Below are positions 53,043 to 61,915 of a stretch of 64,000 nt of DNA, piece after piece; the stretch's first letter is position 1; every line of letters begins with the position of its first letter. The notes below the pieces were generated by a model that saw only the letters and a list, made by a program, of their open reading frames with translations, had not been told where the DNA came from and did no database searches. Origin of the DNA: an uncultured Candidatus Saccharibacteria bacterium (GTDB taxonomy: Bacteria > Patescibacteriota > Minisyncoccia > Phycocordibacterales > UBA5272); the NCBI GenBank assembly GCA_964546555.1, contig CAZJJX010000005.1:5304-69303 (forward strand), given 5' to 3'. The translations under genes and the position numbers were made by a program.

Positions 53043-53992
53043 TTGTTGTAATGCTTAACAAGTACAATAAAGAGAAGAATAATACCGACAAGAACAACAG
53101 CAATAAGTGATAATAACTGCCAAGGAATAATAAAGAAGCGTAGAGAACTTGTTGCTTTGTTTTGATTATTGTTACCAAAAGTAAGATTAAGCTCAGCCTT
53201 ATACATACCAAAAGCAAAGTTATCCTTCTGGAATTTAACATGCTTAAAGAAAGAGTCAGAAACTTCAGGCGCAGTTAGATCACCTCCATACTTTGCCTCG
53301 AAAAGACGTGTACTACCAGGAAGTACATTACTTCCTTCTGTCTTGTTTACATCAACCTTACCTGTTTCTAGCCCAAGAGTGTTGGTAATAGTAATCTCTC
53401 CTTCAGGTCTCACACGATCATTACCTTCGTTGGTAAAACGGTACTTAAACTCAACAGGAAGACTTGTAAGAATATTTGATTTTGCCTTAAGCATAAAATC
53501 TGATAGTCCACCCTTTTCCTTGATTTCACCTGTTACCTTAAGGAAAACAAGCATACCCATTTTAGCTCCTACGGAAACTTCACCCCCATTTGCAGAAGGA
53601 GGAACTGTTGAGAGAAAGATGGCGCCGAAGTGTCCACCTGAATCAGCATCTTTTGGGATAACAACTGAGTATGAAATACTTGCCTTCTCACCCTTCTTAA
53701 GCACAACCTTATCGGTAACCTTAACCCATGAAGGAAGACCCTCTTTTGAAGCAACGAAATTAGGTGTTCCAGTCTCCCCTTGTGCCTCAAATCGCTCAAC
53801 TGACGTATAGTAAGTCTGGTCAGTATCGAGTGGATTTGTAAGCGTAAAAACTCCTTGTATTGTTTCTCCTGGATCTCCTGTTAATTCTGCACGGGCAGGA
53901 GAAATTGTAAGCGCTTGTGCGGTAATCACACTCCACGCACCAAGCGCAAGCATGATTGAACCAGCAATTTTTTTTAGATTAGTGGATTTCAT
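53000..53992 (-). CDS. DUF916/DUF3324-like (CscA-like) two-domain surface protein with C-terminal TM and basic tail
   Basis: It has a signal peptide and two beta-rich halves (GDPGETIQGVFTLTN...IPKDADSGGHFGAIFL; FRFTNEGNDRVRPEGEITI). These are followed by LLSLIAVVLVGIILLFIVLV and KHYNKWIIKQARAAAKKS. The assignment rests on architecture only. Confidence 0.5.
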   Translation of the reverse strand: MKSTNLKKIAGSIMLALGAWSVITAQALTISPARAELTGDPGETIQGVFTLTNPLDTDQTYYTSVERFEAQGETGTPNFVASKEGLPSWVKVTDKVVLKKGEKASISYSVVIPKDADSGGHFGAIFLSTVPPSANGGEVSVGAKMGMLVFLKVTGEIKEKGGLSDFMLKAKSNILTSLPVEFKYRFTNEGNDRVRPEGEITITNTLGLETGKVDVNKTEGSNVLPGSTRLFEAKYGGDLTAPEVSDSFFKHVKFQKDNFAFGMYKAELNLTFGNNNQNKATSSLRFFIIPWQLLSLIAVVLVGIILLFIVLVKHYNKWIIKQARAAAKKS

Positions 53993-54025
53993 AATGATAC
54001 TTTTGAATAGTTAAGGTCTTGCTTG

Positions 54026-55123
54026 TTAGAAATTCGCCGTAGCTACATAAATAAGGTTTGCGGCATAGGTACCAGCTTCTGTAATAGCAGAGATGTTGGT
54101 TACATAACGTAGTGAAAGCGTAGAAAGGGGTGTTGCACCTGTTCCTGAGGCAAGCGTTGCTGACGTTGTTGCTGTTGCGCTGTAGCCGTAGGAGTTTGAG
54201 AAAGCATACGGAGAAGCAACAGTTACATTAGTACCCCCTGATTCTGTTGCTCGCAACCCAAACTGTTCAGTACCTAATGTTGAAGAAGCAGCAGATGCAC
54301 CAATTGCAGTAATGGTATTACTTGCATTTTGTTGTGAAGTAAGGGTTTGACCACGAACGGAGATGGTGAAGCCTGATCCAGCGTTAGTAGAGACCGCAAG
54401 TGTGTGGGCTATTGTTTCCGCTGTGTCACCAGATGGGTTAGAAGAAGATGCGTACTTTGGTCCTGATGCAGTAAGTGTTCCGAAATAGATTGTTGATGTA
54501 GAAATTGTAAATGATAGAGACTGATTAACAGTTCCTGTCATCGCAACCGTATCATCAGTAATGATGTTTACAGTAATGTTACCTGTATCACCAAACGCAC
54601 CGTTAATGGAGATTACCGATGATGTTGCAGAAGATGGGTTAGTGATCTGAGCTGTACCAGAAGCCTGGAAAATGGCGTTTGTACCAATTCTAATCTGCAC
54701 ACAACGATTTGCAGGCACTACTGCTGTTCCTGAAGTGATTGTAAGACTTTGTGAAGTGGTTGAAACTCCCCAAGTAATACCTGAAGCTGCACCGTTTTTA
54801 ATAAATGCATCTGTAAACCCTGCACAAGAAGCTGAAGTACTTGTTGCAAAGTCTGTACTTGTAGCGTCAATTGTTCCTAGGTTCCATCCTACTGGAAAGT
54901 TGATTGTAAAACCTGATGCAGCACTGATTCCTGTTGGGGTAACGAATTGGATGGTGTGATCAGCAAGTGTGTTTACTTTTACTGATGACAAAGTATCTGA
55001 GAGACTACTAAGCGCTGCTGCATGCACAAGTTCAACATGAGTAATTGAAGTTCCAACAACGATAGCAAGGATCGTGAGAAAGCTTGCTAATTGTTTTATG
55101 ATATTCTTTTTAAATTTAAACAT
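54026..55123 (-). CDS. secreted surface protein, TANF-module family paralog 1
   Basis: The signal peptide ends in VHA|AAL. An N-domain with 2 conserved Cys is followed by a 165-aa C-terminal module ending in IYVATANF. Confidence 0.75.
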   Translation of the reverse strand: MFKFKKNIIKQLASFLTILAIVVGTSITHVELVHAAALSSLSDTLSSVKVNTLADHTIQFVTPTGISAASGFTINFPVGWNLGTIDATSTDFATSTSASCAGFTDAFIKNGAASGITWGVSTTSQSLTITSGTAVVPANRCVQIRIGTNAIFQASGTAQITNPSSATSSVISINGAFGDTGNITVNIITDDTVAMTGTVNQSLSFTISTSTIYFGTLTASGPKYASSSNPSGDTAETIAHTLAVSTNAGSGFTISVRGQTLTSQQNASNTITAIGASAASSTLGTEQFGLRATESGGTNVTVASPYAFSNSYGYSATATTSATLASGTGATPLSTLSLRYVTNISAITEAGTYAANLIYVATANF

Positions 55124-55242
55124 ATAAAAATCTATTACTTACTAAAACCAAAGATTCTACATCAGTGTTGCACCAAGTTTACCATCTATCTTTCCCTATT
55201 TTATGTGGATAGTGATAAAAATAAGGCCAGAAGTAAGGAAAA

Positions 55243-56334
55243 CTAGAAATTCGCAGTTGCAATGTACACAAGACTTGCAGCATAGGTACCAGCTTCTGTA
55301 ATAGCATTAATGTTAGTCACATAACGCACAGCAAATGTTGAAGTTTGTGTAGAACCTGTCCCAACTGCAACCGTATTAGAAGATGACGCAGTTGCACTAT
55401 AACCATAGGACGAAACCGAAGAAAACGGTGAAGACACTGTTACACCCGCCCCACCTGATTCAGTGACACGAAAACCAAACTGCTCAGTACCAGGTGTCGA
55501 TGATGCAGCAACAGCACCTATGTAGTCAATAGTATTTGCAGCATTTTGCTGTGATGTTAAGGTTTGACCACGAACAGATAGGGTAAAACCTGATGGCGCG
55601 TTTGTCCCGACAGCGAGGGTATGTGCGATAGTTTCTTGCGTATCTCCTGCAGTATTAGTTGAAGATGCATACTTTGCACCACCTGCACCAAGAACTCCAA
55701 AATAAATTGTTGTCGTAGAGACAGTAAATGTGAGCGACTGATTCACAGTTCCTGTCATAGAAATAGCATCATCTGGAACAATATATTCTGTAACATATCC
55801 AGTGTCTGCCCCACCGCTTATTATGTTAATCTGATACGCTCCAGGAGAAGACGGGTTAACAAGTGTGGAGGTTCCTGTACCACCAAATGTTGCATTAGAC
55901 CCGATTCTAATCTGCACACAACGGTTTGCAGGCACTACCGCTGTGCCTGAAGTTATATAAATAGTTGATGTTGCGACAGTTACACCCCATGTAAGACCTG
56001 ATGCTGCACCTGACTGCAATTGCGCATCAGCAACTGATGAACACGATGCTGATGTACTTGTCGCTAGGTCGAAATTTAGTATAGAAAAAGTGCCTGTTGC
56101 ATACCCAGCAGGTAATTCTATACTAATACCTTGACCTGCAGAGATTCCAGTAGCGGTCACAAATTGAATAGTGTGATCTGAAGGAAGACTTACCGTAAGT
56201 CTTGACTGAGTATCTGAGAGCGATGAAAGAGCTGCCGCGAAAACTTTTTCAAGAGTATTAAAACCTAACAATATTACTAAAATAATACTAAACGACACAC
56301 TAAGTAGGAAACCAAAATTTTGATGTTGCTTCAT
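55243..56334 (-). CDS. secreted surface protein, TANF-module family paralog 2
   Basis: The architecture is the same and the protein ends in VYIATANF. It shares near-identical DNA patches with paralog 1. Confidence 0.75.
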   Translation of the reverse strand: MKQHQNFGFLLSVSFSIILVILLGFNTLEKVFAAALSSLSDTQSRLTVSLPSDHTIQFVTATGISAGQGISIELPAGYATGTFSILNFDLATSTSASCSSVADAQLQSGAASGLTWGVTVATSTIYITSGTAVVPANRCVQIRIGSNATFGGTGTSTLVNPSSPGAYQINIISGGADTGYVTEYIVPDDAISMTGTVNQSLTFTVSTTTIYFGVLGAGGAKYASSTNTAGDTQETIAHTLAVGTNAPSGFTLSVRGQTLTSQQNAANTIDYIGAVAASSTPGTEQFGFRVTESGGAGVTVSSPFSSVSSYGYSATASSSNTVAVGTGSTQTSTFAVRYVTNINAITEAGTYAASLVYIATANF

Positions 56335-56419
56335 AGATAATTATAGTAAAATACTACATGCTATATCTTTAAGAGTACCACACAACCTATTACTCAAAAG
56401 AAAAATTAGTGGATAAGCA

Positions 56420-57514
56420 TCAAAAATTAGCTGTTGCTACATAGATAATGTTTGCTACGTATGTCCCGGCTTCTGTCAGTGAAGCGATGTTTGCAACATA
56501 ACGTAATGAGTACGTTGAAGGGTTCGTGGCCCCTGACCCTGTTGCAAAAGTAACAGATGTTGTAGCTGTTGCATCATATCCATAGGAAGTTGCTGCAGAA
56601 AAAGTAGGATCGACAGTTGCACCTGTCCCACCAGAAACTGTTGCACGGATACCGAACTGCTCAGTACCGATTGTTGAAGATGCTGCAGTTGCACCTATTG
56701 CTGTAATAGTACTAGAAGAACTCTGTGAAGAGGTGAGAGTTTGGCCGCGTAAAGTTATTGTATATCCAGAAGGAGCGTTAGTTGAAACTATCAATGAATG
56801 GGCAATTGTTTCAGTACTATCTCCTTGCTGATTTGTTGAAGAAGCAAACTTCGCCCCCGATGAACTAAGTGGGCCAAAAAATATTGTCGTAGTAGAGATA
56901 GAAAATGAAAACGACTGAGCTACTGTTGCGGTAACAGCTACAGTATCGTTATCTATGATATTAGCTGTAATTTGTCCATTATCACCAAATGTACTTGTGA
57001 TCGTAATAACCGAACTTGTAGCTGTGGCAGGATTTGTAATTTGTGAAGTCCCGGATGCTTGAAATATAGCATTAGTACCAAACTTAATTTGAACACAACG
57101 ATTCGCAGGAACCACAGCTGTACCAGACGTAATTGTAACACTCTGTGAAGTGGTTGACACTCCCCAAGAAATACCTGACGCTGCACCGTTTCTAATAAAC
57201 GCATCAGTAAAACCAGAACATGTAGCTGATGTACTTGTTGCAAAATCCGTACTTGTTGCATTTATTGTCCCAAGATTCCAACCGTTTGGAAATGTAATTG
57301 TAAAACCTTGTCCTGCCCCAATCCCTGTAGGTGTAACGAACTGAATCGTATGATCAGAAGCTGTGTTAATTTTGATAGACGACTGAGCATCGGATAAAGA
57401 TGAAAGCGCAGCTGCAAAAACTTTTTGGACGTTACTAAACACAACCCCGAGTATAATCCCAGAAAATATAAATACAATAGCAGCTAATGTTGGTAGAGAA
57501 TTATTTTTGTTCAT
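56420..57514 (-). CDS. secreted surface protein, TANF-module family paralog 3
   Basis: The architecture is the same and the protein ends in IYVATANF. I prefer ATG 57514 over TTG 57526. Confidence 0.75.
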   Translation of the reverse strand: MNKNNSLPTLAAIVFIFSGIILGVVFSNVQKVFAAALSSLSDAQSSIKINTASDHTIQFVTPTGIGAGQGFTITFPNGWNLGTINATSTDFATSTSATCSGFTDAFIRNGAASGISWGVSTTSQSVTITSGTAVVPANRCVQIKFGTNAIFQASGTSQITNPATATSSVITITSTFGDNGQITANIIDNDTVAVTATVAQSFSFSISTTTIFFGPLSSSGAKFASSTNQQGDSTETIAHSLIVSTNAPSGYTITLRGQTLTSSQSSSSTITAIGATAASSTIGTEQFGIRATVSGGTGATVDPTFSAATSYGYDATATTSVTFATGSGATNPSTYSLRYVANIASLTEAGTYVANIIYVATANF

Positions 57515-57622
57515 GTACCGTAACAAAAATACTTAAACACACCAAGGGCAGATTATCATCAACCATATATCTAGCATACCATGCAAATTTTTCTTTTCGA
57601 GTGGAAAAGTTTTTATTTATTA

Positions 57623-60600
57623 TTAGAAATTAGCCGTTACAACATAGATAACATTTGATGTATAGGATGAGGCCTGTGTTGAGGCAGTAATGTTTGCTAA
57701 ATATCTTACGGAAAAAGTTGTTGTAGCATTGTCACCAATAGTTGCGTTTGCAACTTGAGATGAAGTTGTTGCGGATGCAGCATACGCAAAACCTGTTCCG
57801 TTATAAGGGGAAGTTGATGTTCCTGAACCGCCAAAAGCAACAATACGTAACCCAAATTGCTCACTTCCAGCCAGTGACGTTGTTGCAGTAGAACCTATCG
57901 CTGCAATTGTCGTTGAGCCCGATGTAAGTGTTTGTCCTTGTATGCTAACTGTATAGCCGTTTACTGCGTTAGTGATTACAGTAAAATTATGTGCTTCACT
58001 TTCGGTATTTGAACCCTGATTGCTTGTACTTGAAGCATATCTTACTGCAACCGGAGATAACGTACCAAAGAAAACAGTCGAGGTTGAAAGTGTAAAAGTT
58101 ATTGACTGAGTAGGGGTGGAAGTACCTTCTTCATCCCACTCAAACATGAAATGATGTCTTACGTTAGTATCTCCTGCAGCTTGCTCCTGGTACAAAGCTA
58201 TACCTTCGCCAGGCTTTAATACGAGCTCGTCCCCTTCTACAATATCACTTGAATAATCTCCAAAGACCTGATTAACTAATCCTGAAATAGTTGCACCTAA
58301 AATGCGAGACTCTGTGGCACCGATAAATGTTGCAGTAACTCCTGTAGACCTCACTTCTGCAGTTGATGATCCGCTTGTTGTATTTTTGGTAACACTAGTT
58401 GTAGCAGTAAGCGTTCCCCCAGAAGCGGCTGAAATTTTACGAAGTGTCACAGAAGTATACGCTGGGACTGTGGCTGCCCCACTTCTATCTGACTGTATAC
58501 CCACCTTTCTCAAAATATAATTCTTTGCTGAATTAGCTGGATTAAAAAGAGTGGCATATACGTAGTTTGCGAGCGTTGATTGATTTATAGGTCCAATTGT
58601 CATTAAAAATTCACCTAAAGATGTTGGTACAGAAACTTCTTCATCCCATTCTATCAATAACCGTACTCTAAAATCAGCGTCTCCGCCTGTTGGATTTTGA
58701 TACAAAACGACACCTTCTCCTGGACGCAGAACAAGTGGCTCACTTTCACTAAAAGTAATTTCTTTATGTCCAGTATTCCCTGTTACTGCCGAAGGTACAG
58801 CTCCTGGGGTTTGTATAGCTAAAAGTCGTGAGGTTGTTGCCCCTGCGTATGTAACTGTTGGGCCAGTAGTCCTAATTTCCATACTACTTGTTGCAGATCC
58901 GGTATGTTTTTTTGGATAACTAGATGACGCAACCACTGTACCACCCGTTGATGAAGTTGTTCTACGCAATTGTATTGGAACATACAATGCTGCAGCTACA
59001 GCATTTACTCGAACACCTATACGTTTTATGACGGCATTCTTACCCGAAGACGATGGATTAAAAAATGAAATATAATTATACGTAGTTGCAATATTGCCAT
59101 TTATTGGACCTACACTCATTACATACTCACCTTGTGATGTTGGAGCTGTGCCTTCTTCGTCCCACTCGATAAGGATCTTAACCGCTTGATCTGCGTCAGA
59201 AGTTAGCACATCATTATATAACCCTATACCTTCGCCGGGTTGTAATACTAATTTTTCATTTTCTCCAAAAATAATTTCTGCCTGACCAGTTGTCTGACCA
59301 ACAGCCCCAGGAGCAGTAACTGATAGTATCTTTGCATTGGCATCTCCTTGATATGTTGTTGTAATTGCTGAAGTACATGCTTGCAAACACCAGCGCACCT
59401 CCATGACACTATTTGCTGTGCTTGTATGCTTTTTAGGTAAATCAGCTGCGGCAACAAGTGTTCCACCTGAAGCGACACTCAACCTTCTAAACTGATATGA
59501 AGCATACGTCGCAGTTGTGGTCGCATTAGTCAATATCGCAAGTCTTTTAATAACAGCGTTTTTACCTGATCCTGAAGGGTTAAAGAAACTGTACTGCGTA
59601 ACATTTGCTACAGTTGCCGCAGCAACTTTTCCAGAAGACCAAATATACTCCCCTTGTGAAGTAGGGGCGCTGCCAGTTGGAACTTCTTTCCATTCTATAA
59701 TTATACGAACTATCTGATTCGCATTTCCTGCTTGCTCTGATTTTAGTGCTATTCCTTCACCAGGTTGAAGTATTAACTCTTCATCACCATTATAAAAATC
59801 AATTTTTTGCCACCCATGAACTTGACCTGCTGCACCACAAGGAGTAACGTGCCCAATTCTTGCGTCAGCCCCACCAACTTGTGTTATCGTCACGTTAGTA
59901 TGTCTAAACTGCATTGAACTTGTATCACTCCCGGTATGTTTTTTAGGCACTTCAGAAGCTGGTACTAATGTTCCTGCGGTTGAACTAGATGTCCTCACAA
60001 GAATAATGCTATTAGTGTATACCGCTGCCGCATCACACGTCTCCGTCCCAAACCAAATTCTTCTAATAACAGCTGTTTTTGTCGATGTTGCTGGGTTAAA
60101 AAAAGAATTATAAACATAATTTGTTCCTGCTGCGTTTTCTACTCTTGGAAATGAAAAAAGATATTCGTTACCCGCCAAGGGGGGATTGCTTGACTCATCC
60201 CACTCGATAAGAACACGCACGGCAGCCGATCTTGTGCCTGCTGCTTCTTGATAGATTGCTATACCCTCTCCTGGTTGGAGAATAATTTTTTCATCATTTT
60301 GATCAATAGTTATATCTCGCTGAGAATAATAGGCCCCTACCGCCCCTGATAAAGGTTGTCCGAGAATTCTAGAATTGGTCGTACCTGATAGTGTCACACT
60401 TGCTCCTCCATACCTAACTTCCATAATTGAATCCGAAGATGAGGCATTCTTTTTTGGAAAATTACTAGCAACAATCTGAGTACCACCACTTGATGCACTA
60501 ATTCTCCTTGTAGTAAGGTTTACGTAGTTAGATGCTGTCGAAGAAGCCGTGTTAGCACGAACAGCTATTCGTTTTATAGCTGCGGTGCGACCAGATCCGC

Positions 60601-60934
60601 TTGGGTTAAAAAAAGCAGCATACACATAGTTTGCGGTAGTAGATCCGTTTACTGGACCTATATCAATAACATACTCTTTTTCGGCAGAATTAATTGCCGC
60701 ATAGACAACACTATTATTTTTAAAAATATTATCTACAACATTTTTATTTTTACTGGCAAGATAAATCTTATCGACAATAACCCCCTTACTTTTATCTGTC
60801 ATTGATTGATACATATACACAATAGCAAGCGGATCAAAACCACTAACAAGAAGTGACACAATAAGTAGTATAATTGAAAATTTTTTAACGAGCATTGATA
60901 ACATAATCGTACACTTCTTTTGAAATATCTTCAA
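57623..60934 (-). CDS. 1103-aa surface protein: N-terminal TM, five ~170-aa novel repeats, C-terminal TANF module
   Basis: Each repeat carries FFNPxxSGKxAxIKRI, PKKHT and LxLxPGEGIxLYQ, and ends in IEWDE. The last 161 aa are homologous to the paralog C-termini. The start is uncertain (60934, 60904 or 60895). Confidence 0.8.
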   Translation of the reverse strand: MKIFQKKCTIMLSMLVKKFSIILLIVSLLVSGFDPLAIVYMYQSMTDKSKGVIVDKIYLASKNKNVVDNIFKNNSVVYAAINSAEKEYVIDIGPVNGSTTANYVYAAFFNPSGSGRTAAIKRIAVRANTASSTASNYVNLTTRRISASSGGTQIVASNFPKKNASSSDSIMEVRYGGASVTLSGTTNSRILGQPLSGAVGAYYSQRDITIDQNDEKIILQPGEGIAIYQEAAGTRSAAVRVLIEWDESSNPPLAGNEYLFSFPRVENAAGTNYVYNSFFNPATSTKTAVIRRIWFGTETCDAAAVYTNSIILVRTSSSTAGTLVPASEVPKKHTGSDTSSMQFRHTNVTITQVGGADARIGHVTPCGAAGQVHGWQKIDFYNGDEELILQPGEGIALKSEQAGNANQIVRIIIEWKEVPTGSAPTSQGEYIWSSGKVAAATVANVTQYSFFNPSGSGKNAVIKRLAILTNATTTATYASYQFRRLSVASGGTLVAAADLPKKHTSTANSVMEVRWCLQACTSAITTTYQGDANAKILSVTAPGAVGQTTGQAEIIFGENEKLVLQPGEGIGLYNDVLTSDADQAVKILIEWDEEGTAPTSQGEYVMSVGPINGNIATTYNYISFFNPSSSGKNAVIKRIGVRVNAVAAALYVPIQLRRTTSSTGGTVVASSSYPKKHTGSATSSMEIRTTGPTVTYAGATTSRLLAIQTPGAVPSAVTGNTGHKEITFSESEPLVLRPGEGVVLYQNPTGGDADFRVRLLIEWDEEVSVPTSLGEFLMTIGPINQSTLANYVYATLFNPANSAKNYILRKVGIQSDRSGAATVPAYTSVTLRKISAASGGTLTATTSVTKNTTSGSSTAEVRSTGVTATFIGATESRILGATISGLVNQVFGDYSSDIVEGDELVLKPGEGIALYQEQAAGDTNVRHHFMFEWDEEGTSTPTQSITFTLSTSTVFFGTLSPVAVRYASSTSNQGSNTESEAHNFTVITNAVNGYTVSIQGQTLTSGSTTIAAIGSTATTSLAGSEQFGLRIVAFGGSGTSTSPYNGTGFAYAASATTSSQVANATIGDNATTTFSVRYLANITASTQASSYTSNVIYVVTANF

Positions 60935-61910
60935 AGATTTTATTCACTTTTTCATTATCTAATTCTTTTTTATCCTTTTGTTGAACCATAACCGTAAGAA
61001 TATACGGTCTACCTTGTGCATATACAATTCCAGAGTCAGCACGTACAGCCTCATCAACACGAACTCCAGTCTTGTGCACAAATGGAACCCCCACTGGAAT
61101 TCCTTGATTTAAAAGCTCTCTTGGTGCACGTGCCAAAATAGACAAAAATAACTGAGAATACTCTTGCGACAAGTATGTTGAGTTGTAGAGCGACCTAAAG
61201 AAGATCGAATATCGTTTAGCCGTAATACGGTTATCAATTTCTGCATCCTTTTTAGGTGATTTTTTAAGTGCGTCAATAATATCATCCATACCCAAGTGAA
61301 CATAGACATCTTCAAGTTCGTCACTTTCAAGATTTCGTAATAAAATAAAATGCGCAGTGTTATCGGAATGGATAAGAGTTTCTTCTAGAAGTTTCATAAT
61401 TGAAAGCGTTGTTCCAGTTTGCTCTTTATACAAAGAACCGTACTCACTATCCTTATCCTGGTCGAGAATAACGAGCTCATTAGAAAGTTTCCATTTTTCA
61501 TCTTGGACTTTTTTCATTGCAGCTATAGCAATTGGAATCTTGATAAGACTTGCTGGCCATATTCTTTCATCTTTATTTATAGAGATGTTCGCACCAGTTG
61601 GAAGATATTCAAAATAAACTGAAATAAGGTAATCGTTACGGACTTCATACTTATTTGTTAAATGCTCTCTTAAATCCTGAAAATCAACAATTAAGTCTTT
61701 TTTATCAAGAACTGCAAGGGTTGGACTAAGATATGAACTTATAGAGTTATGCTTTGAACCTTTCTCTAATAAGGAATTATAAACTACACAAATTACACAT
61801 AAAATAATTAATAAAAGTACAAGTATAGCTCTCAAAAACACAACGGAGGAAAGTAAGCTTTTAGCTCTTTCCAAAAAACTATATCTATGTACTGCTTTTA
61901 TTATTTTCAT
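60885..61910 (-). CDS. membrane-anchored class-A beta-lactamase-fold serine hydrolase
   Basis: It has an N-terminal TM. SxxK (ASLIK), SDN (HSDNTA) and KTG (HKTGV) are all present. Confidence 0.65.
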   Translation of the reverse strand: MKIIKAVHRYSFLERAKSLLSSVVFLRAILVLLLIILCVICVVYNSLLEKGSKHNSISSYLSPTLAVLDKKDLIVDFQDLREHLTNKYEVRNDYLISVYFEYLPTGANISINKDERIWPASLIKIPIAIAAMKKVQDEKWKLSNELVILDQDKDSEYGSLYKEQTGTTLSIMKLLEETLIHSDNTAHFILLRNLESDELEDVYVHLGMDDIIDALKKSPKKDAEIDNRITAKRYSIFFRSLYNSTYLSQEYSQLFLSILARAPRELLNQGIPVGVPFVHKTGVRVDEAVRADSGIVYAQGRPYILTVMVQQKDKKELDNEKVNKIFEDISKEVYDYVINAR

Positions 61911-61915
61911 GGTAG

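Noticed and set aside
47924-53810. Antisense ORFs 47924-48574, 50192-51314, 52489-53034 and 53169-53810
   Set aside because: Each lies opposite a longer ORF that has recognisable domains or signal peptides. Their products are Ser/Arg/Pro-rich with no features.
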